DNA from: an uncultured Lachnospiraceae bacterium
GTDB lineage: Bacteria > Bacillota > Clostridia > Lachnospirales > Lachnospiraceae
Length of the DNA: 42,897 nt
NCBI GenBank assembly: GCA_902772805.1
Contig: CACYCC010000014.1
Location: 1-42,897 of the forward strand
Direction of reading: 5' to 3'
The notes beneath the pieces are model-generated. The model had not been told where the DNA came from and made no database searches. It saw only the letters and a list, made by a program, of their open reading frames with translations. Shown here piece by piece: positions 38,763-42,897 of the stretch (positions are counted from its first letter, which is position 1; each line of letters opens with the position of its first letter). Both the position numbers and the translations under genes were made by a program.

Positions 38763-38814
38763 TGCTGACCTTGCAAAAGAAAGTTACAATAAATGACCAT
38801 ACAGGAGGAACAAC

Positions 38815-39150
38815 ATGTCCAAAAGAGGAGGATTTCCCGGCGGTGCAATGCCCGGAAATATGAGCAATCTTATGAAACAGGCGCAGAGAATGCAGCGCCA
38901 GATGGAGGAAAACCAAAAAGAACTCGAGACCAAGGAGTTTACCGCTGACGCAGGCGGAAAAGCCGTAAGCGTTACTGTTACGGGTAAACGTGAGGTTAAG
39001 AGCGTTATACTTTCACCCGAAGTAGTGGATCCCGATGACATCGAGATGTTACAGGATCTTATCGTTGCTGCCATGAACGAGGCGCTTAAGAAAGTCGATG
39101 ATGCCAACAACGAGGCAATGTCCAGGATGACCGGAGGACTTTCTTTTTAA
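38815..39150 (+). CDS. ybaB: YbaB/EbfC nucleoid-associated protein
   Basis: MKQAQRMQ, AGG.AV.V, DIEMLQDLIVAA; lies between dnaX and recR. Confidence 0.92.
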   Translation: MSKRGGFPGGAMPGNMSNLMKQAQRMQRQMEENQKELETKEFTADAGGKAVSVTVTGKREVKSVILSPEVVDPDDIEMLQDLIVAAMNEALKKVDDANNEAMSRMTGGLSF

Positions 39151-39747
39151 ATGAATCTGTACGGAGGCCGCGTCAACAAGTTAATAGAGGAGCTTGAGAG
39201 TCTGCCCGGCATAGGTTCAAAGTCGGCACAGCGTCTTGCTTTTTACCTGATCGGACTTCCCGAGGAAAAGGTGAACCGCATAGCCAATACCATGATAGAG
39301 GCAAGGCAGAATGTCAGGTATTGCTCGGTGTGCTGTACCCTTACGGACAAGGAAACCTGTCCCGTATGCTCAAATCCCGGCCGTGACAGATCGACGATAA
39401 TGGTGGTCGAGTCACCCAGAGACCTTGCGGCTTACGAAAAAACGGGAAGATACGAAGGAGTTTATCATGTACTTCACGGCGTGATATCGCCAATGCTCGG
39501 TATCGGACCGTCGGATATCAAACTCAAGGAACTGATAAAGCGTCTGGAGGGAGATGTCAAAGAGGTCATAATCGCCACAAACTCAAGCCTTGAGGGTGAG
39601 ACGACCGCAATGTATATCAGCAAACTCATCAAACCTACGGGTATTAAGGTTACCAGGATAGCCAGCGGAGTTCCGGTGGGCGGTGACCTTGAATATATAG
39701 ATGAAGTGACATTATTCCGCGCTCTCGAAGGGCGCGTGGAACTATAG
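39151..39747 (+). CDS. recR: Recombination mediator RecR
   Basis: [15 protein letters not shown]4 zinc finger, [22 protein letters not shown]. Confidence 0.96.
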   Translation: MNLYGGRVNKLIEELESLPGIGSKSAQRLAFYLIGLPEEKVNRIANTMIEARQNVRYCSVCCTLTDKETCPVCSNPGRDRSTIMVVESPRDLAAYEKTGRYEGVYHVLHGVISPMLGIGPSDIKLKELIKRLEGDVKEVIIATNSSLEGETTAMYISKLIKPTGIKVTRIASGVPVGGDLEYIDEVTLFRALEGRVEL

Positions 39748-39758
39748 GAGGGTTAAAT

Positions 39759-40796
39759 ATGTTAAATACAAAGGTATGGGGCACCACCAAAAAGGGCGAG
39801 ACGGTCCATCTTTACGAACTTACCAACAAAAACGGAATGGTCGCAAAAGTGACCGATTTCGGTGCAAATCTCGTTTCACTCATCGTGCCCGACAAAGACG
39901 GCAAGCTCGATGATGTTGTACTGGGATATGATGATGTCAAGGATTATGAGTTTAACGGTTCATTTTTTGGAGCTGTGATCGCACCGAGCGCAAACAGAAT
40001 TGCGGGAGCTTCCTTTGAGATAGACGGTGTTACATATAATATTGACGTCAATGACGGCAAAAACAATCTTCACAGCGATATCTTAAACGGTGTTCACAAG
40101 AGACTTTGGAAAGCCGAAGCTTCAGAAGCAAGCGTTAAATTTACCATCGAATCCGGTGATATGGATATGGGATTCCCCGGCAATAAGGTGATCTCGATAA
40201 CATATACACTTACCGATGACAACGAGATCAAGCTTGCGTACTATGCCACAAGCGACAAGAACACGATCATGAACCCCACCAACCATTCGTATTTCAACCT
40301 TGCGGGTGCGGAGTCGGGAACAAATATCGAAGATCACATTCTTACTCTCAATGCATCACACTACACTCCTGTTGTTGCAGGCGCCATTCCCACGGGTGAG
40401 ATCGCTCCCGTTGCCGGAACCGTTATGGATTTCACATCCGGCACAGCAGTCGGAGAAAGAATAAACGCCGATTTCGAACAGCTTAAATTAACGCTCGGAT
40501 ACGATCATAACTTCGTTGTTGACGGATACAACGGAAAACTTAACAAGATCGCAGTTGTAAAAGATCCTAAGAGCGGACGTGAGATGAAGGTTTACTCAAC
40601 CCTTCCCGGTGTACAGTTCTACGCAGGCAACTGCATCGCGGATACGGTAGGCAAAAACGGTGTCAAATACGGCAAAAGAAGCGGACTTTGCTTAGAGACT
40701 CAGTTCTATCCCGATTCCATCCACAGACCTGAGTTTCCTTCATGTGTATTCGGCCCCGGTAACGATTATTCGTCCGAAACGGTATATGCATTTTAA
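39759..40796 (+). CDS. galM: Aldose 1-epimerase (mutarotase)
   Basis: DVVLGYD, ANRI, NNLH, TNHSYFNL, GYDHNF, QFYAGN, CLETQ. Confidence 0.92.
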   Translation: MLNTKVWGTTKKGETVHLYELTNKNGMVAKVTDFGANLVSLIVPDKDGKLDDVVLGYDDVKDYEFNGSFFGAVIAPSANRIAGASFEIDGVTYNIDVNDGKNNLHSDILNGVHKRLWKAEASEASVKFTIESGDMDMGFPGNKVISITYTLTDDNEIKLAYYATSDKNTIMNPTNHSYFNLAGAESGTNIEDHILTLNASHYTPVVAGAIPTGEIAPVAGTVMDFTSGTAVGERINADFEQLKLTLGYDHNFVVDGYNGKLNKIAVVKDPKSGREMKVYSTLPGVQFYAGNCIADTVGKNGVKYGKRSGLCLETQFYPDSIHRPEFPSCVFGPGNDYSSETVYAF

Positions 40797-40813
40797 TCAT
40801 CAGGAAAAAGAAA

Positions 40814-42004
40814 ATGTCCAACATTGAGGAATTTCCCGGGCGCGACGAACTGTCGCCCCGTCAAAAGTTAAGAAAGCAGTTTTTTAAAAGACTCCGCGCC
40901 AGAATGTACACGATAATACTTATCGTGATACTGGTGGCGGCAGCGGTATTCGGATATCTTACATACGAAAGGAACAAGGTTTATTCGGGAGTTGAGGTAG
41001 TCGAATCGGTTTCTTTTTCCCCGGCATCGGGTACCAGAGTCGAAGAGTTTTCCGGAGGCGTGCTCACATACAGTAAAGACGGTGCGCAGGTCGCAGATGC
41101 CAAGGGCAATCTCTTATGGAACCGAACGTTCGACATGCAGAACCCCATGGCTTCGATATGTGAAGATACGGTTGCTTTTGCCGACTACGGAGGAAGTACG
41201 ATCTATGTACAGACAGCCGGCGGTGATGCGTACGAAGTTTCCACCGCAATGCCGATCCGTAAGATCTCCGCTTCCAATAAAGGTATAGTGACCGCCGTTT
41301 TGGAAGATGTGGGCGTGACATGGATATATCTCTACGATTCAAACGGAGACATAGTTGCCAAGATCAGGACTACAATGGAAAAGAGCGGATACCCGGTAAA
41401 TCTTGACATGGCTCCCTCGGGAAAAGTTTTGGGGATATCCTATTATCATCTTGATATCGGCGATGCCATGAGCAGCGTTGCTTTCTATAATTTCGGTGAG
41501 GTCGGTCAGAACAGCATCGATAATTATGTGAGCGGATATAATTACCAGGACAGCCTTGTGCCGCTCGTAAAGTTTTTGTCGGGTTCGCATGCTTTTGCTC
41601 TCTCGGGAACAAGGCTTACGATCTTCGAAGGAAGTGAAAAGCCGGTCAGCCTCAAGGAAATATTCATCGATGATGAAATATTGTCGGTATTTAACAACTC
41701 CGAATATATCGGTCTTGTAGTGCGTTCCGATGACAATAAGAGCACTTATAAGTTGAGGATTTATTCGGATAAGGGTATACTTATCTCTGAGAAGGGATTT
41801 GACTTTGACTACTCAGGTGTGGTATTTTCTGAAGGTCAGTATGCACTGTACGGAAACACCGATATTTATGTGGGAACCGTTGACGGCAGGGAAAAGTTCT
41901 CTTACGAGTACGAGATGCCGATAAGGCTCATGATACCTACTTCATCGCCCACTAAATATATAATTGTGACGGAATCATCGATAGATACCGTCCAGCTTCG
42001 ATAG
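40814..42004 (+). CDS. Membrane-anchored beta-propeller-like hypothetical protein (resembles DUF5711 proteins)
   Basis: Single N-terminal TM; YSKDG, M.NP, KSGYP, FYNFGEVGQN. Confidence 0.6.
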   Translation: MSNIEEFPGRDELSPRQKLRKQFFKRLRARMYTIILIVILVAAAVFGYLTYERNKVYSGVEVVESVSFSPASGTRVEEFSGGVLTYSKDGAQVADAKGNLLWNRTFDMQNPMASICEDTVAFADYGGSTIYVQTAGGDAYEVSTAMPIRKISASNKGIVTAVLEDVGVTWIYLYDSNGDIVAKIRTTMEKSGYPVNLDMAPSGKVLGISYYHLDIGDAMSSVAFYNFGEVGQNSIDNYVSGYNYQDSLVPLVKFLSGSHAFALSGTRLTIFEGSEKPVSLKEIFIDDEILSVFNNSEYIGLVVRSDDNKSTYKLRIYSDKGILISEKGFDFDYSGVVFSEGQYALYGNTDIYVGTVDGREKFSYEYEMPIRLMIPTSSPTKYIIVTESSIDTVQLR

Positions 42005-42014
42005 GAGGATAACA

Positions 42015-42566
42015 ATGTCTGGAGGAACTGTTGTTGACTGGATCATGGTGAATCTGCCTTTCATCATTTTCCTTATTTTGTTTGTGATCTTTGCATTCAG
42101 AGCCGTAAAGGCCGGATTTGTAAAGGAACTTTGCGAATTTATTTCGGCGATCATCGCATCTGTTGCAATTATCTTGCTGGCATATGCCATTTACGGTGTA
42201 TTCGACAAGGAAAAGATACAGTTTGCGGTTGCCGTTATATTGATAGTTTTGCTTGGTATAGTGTACAAACTGTTAAGCCTGTGCTTTACGTCACTTAAGC
42301 TTATTGCCAAGCTTCCCGTTATCAAGGTGCTTGATAAGATCCTGGGCGTACTTATGGCTGTGCTTGAGATAGTTGTTCTGATCTGGGCTGTTTACAGTCT
42401 GATCATCATCATCAAAGGCGGTGCACTCGGAAAGTGGATCATCGAATGTGCAAGACAGAACCCCATCATGAGATTCCTGTATGAGCGTAACTATATGTAC
42501 ATTCTGATCTCCAAGATCGGTGATAAATTAAGTATGGTAGATTTCCTGGAGAGTCTTGAACAGTAA
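42015..42566 (+). CDS. CvpA-family membrane protein
   Basis: Four hydrophobic segments; GFVKE and LPVIKVLDKILG. Confidence 0.7.
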   Translation: MSGGTVVDWIMVNLPFIIFLILFVIFAFRAVKAGFVKELCEFISAIIASVAIILLAYAIYGVFDKEKIQFAVAVILIVLLGIVYKLLSLCFTSLKLIAKLPVIKVLDKILGVLMAVLEIVVLIWAVYSLIIIIKGGALGKWIIECARQNPIMRFLYERNYMYILISKIGDKLSMVDFLESLEQ

Positions 42567-42608
42567 TTCCGCAATCTATTGACATACCTTATAAATAATG
42601 GTAAATTT

Positions 42609-42639
42609 AAAGTCCACCGCTTTATGCGGTGGACTTTTT
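42609..42639 (+). terminator. Intrinsic terminator after the cvpA-like gene
   Basis: AAAGTCCACCGC-tttat-GCGGTGGACTTTTT. Confidence 0.8.
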
Positions 42640-42654
42640 GACACTTTTTACGGA

Positions 42655-42710
42655 AAAAGAAAAAAACAGGTCAAAAAGTACTTGACTTAGGTATTTTCAA
42701 GTGATAACAT
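42655..42710 (+). promoter_or_regulatory. Strong SigA promoter with UP element, probably of an rRNA operon
   Basis: A-tracts, then TTGACT (42682)-N17-TAACAT (42705) with extended TG. Confidence 0.72.
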
Positions 42711-42897
42711 TGCAATGTTGTCGCCTAAGGCAACTTTATAGGATGCAAATCCTGCAACATTGATAACTTAACAGCATATGCAACCCTGAAAATCTTTGAA
42801 TCATTAAATATTTTCAGAACAAACAACCTATATGCAGTAAAAGACGGAAACTAAAAGCTAACGTTTATTAATGCTAAGGACAAACTTTTTTTCGAGA
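42711..42897 (+). other. Probable rRNA operon leader; window appears to end at the 16S 5' end
   Basis: BoxA-like ACATTGATAACT near 42757; no ORF; ends TTTTTTCGAGA, compatible with the 16S start GAGAGTTTGATC. Confidence 0.62.

Overview
Chromosomal segment of a low-GC Gram-positive anaerobe; gene content, flagellin style and rRNA leader suggest a Lachnospiraceae/Butyrivibrio-like gut or rumen organism (inference). It runs from a truncated SRP RNA and tadA at the left edge to an rRNA-operon promoter/leader at the right edge. Housekeeping genes: ddh-lysA, rpe, carB, tRNA-Ser(CGA), pfkA, dnaX-ybaB-recR, galM. Carbohydrate functions: a sensor-SBP/HK/RR/SBP operon preceding a chvE-mmsA-mmsB monosaccharide ABC transporter, a GH27 enzyme and an esterase. 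The most notable content: (i) a sigma-28/CsrA-type two-flagellin cassette made of a metalloprotease-bearing flagellin (flagellinolysin) and a partner flagellin with an unexplained Cys/His domain; (ii) a membrane protein with an extracellular CBM2-like domain wired to an HD-GYP phosphodiesterase; (iii) unusual fusions (NUDIX-PgeF/YfiH, EamA-GNAT, SLH-like-rhodanese); (iv) an exported protein with nested DnaJ-like zinc knuckles. No CRISPR array, transposase, integrase or phage gene was seen. All assignments come from motif recognition by eye; no searches were run.
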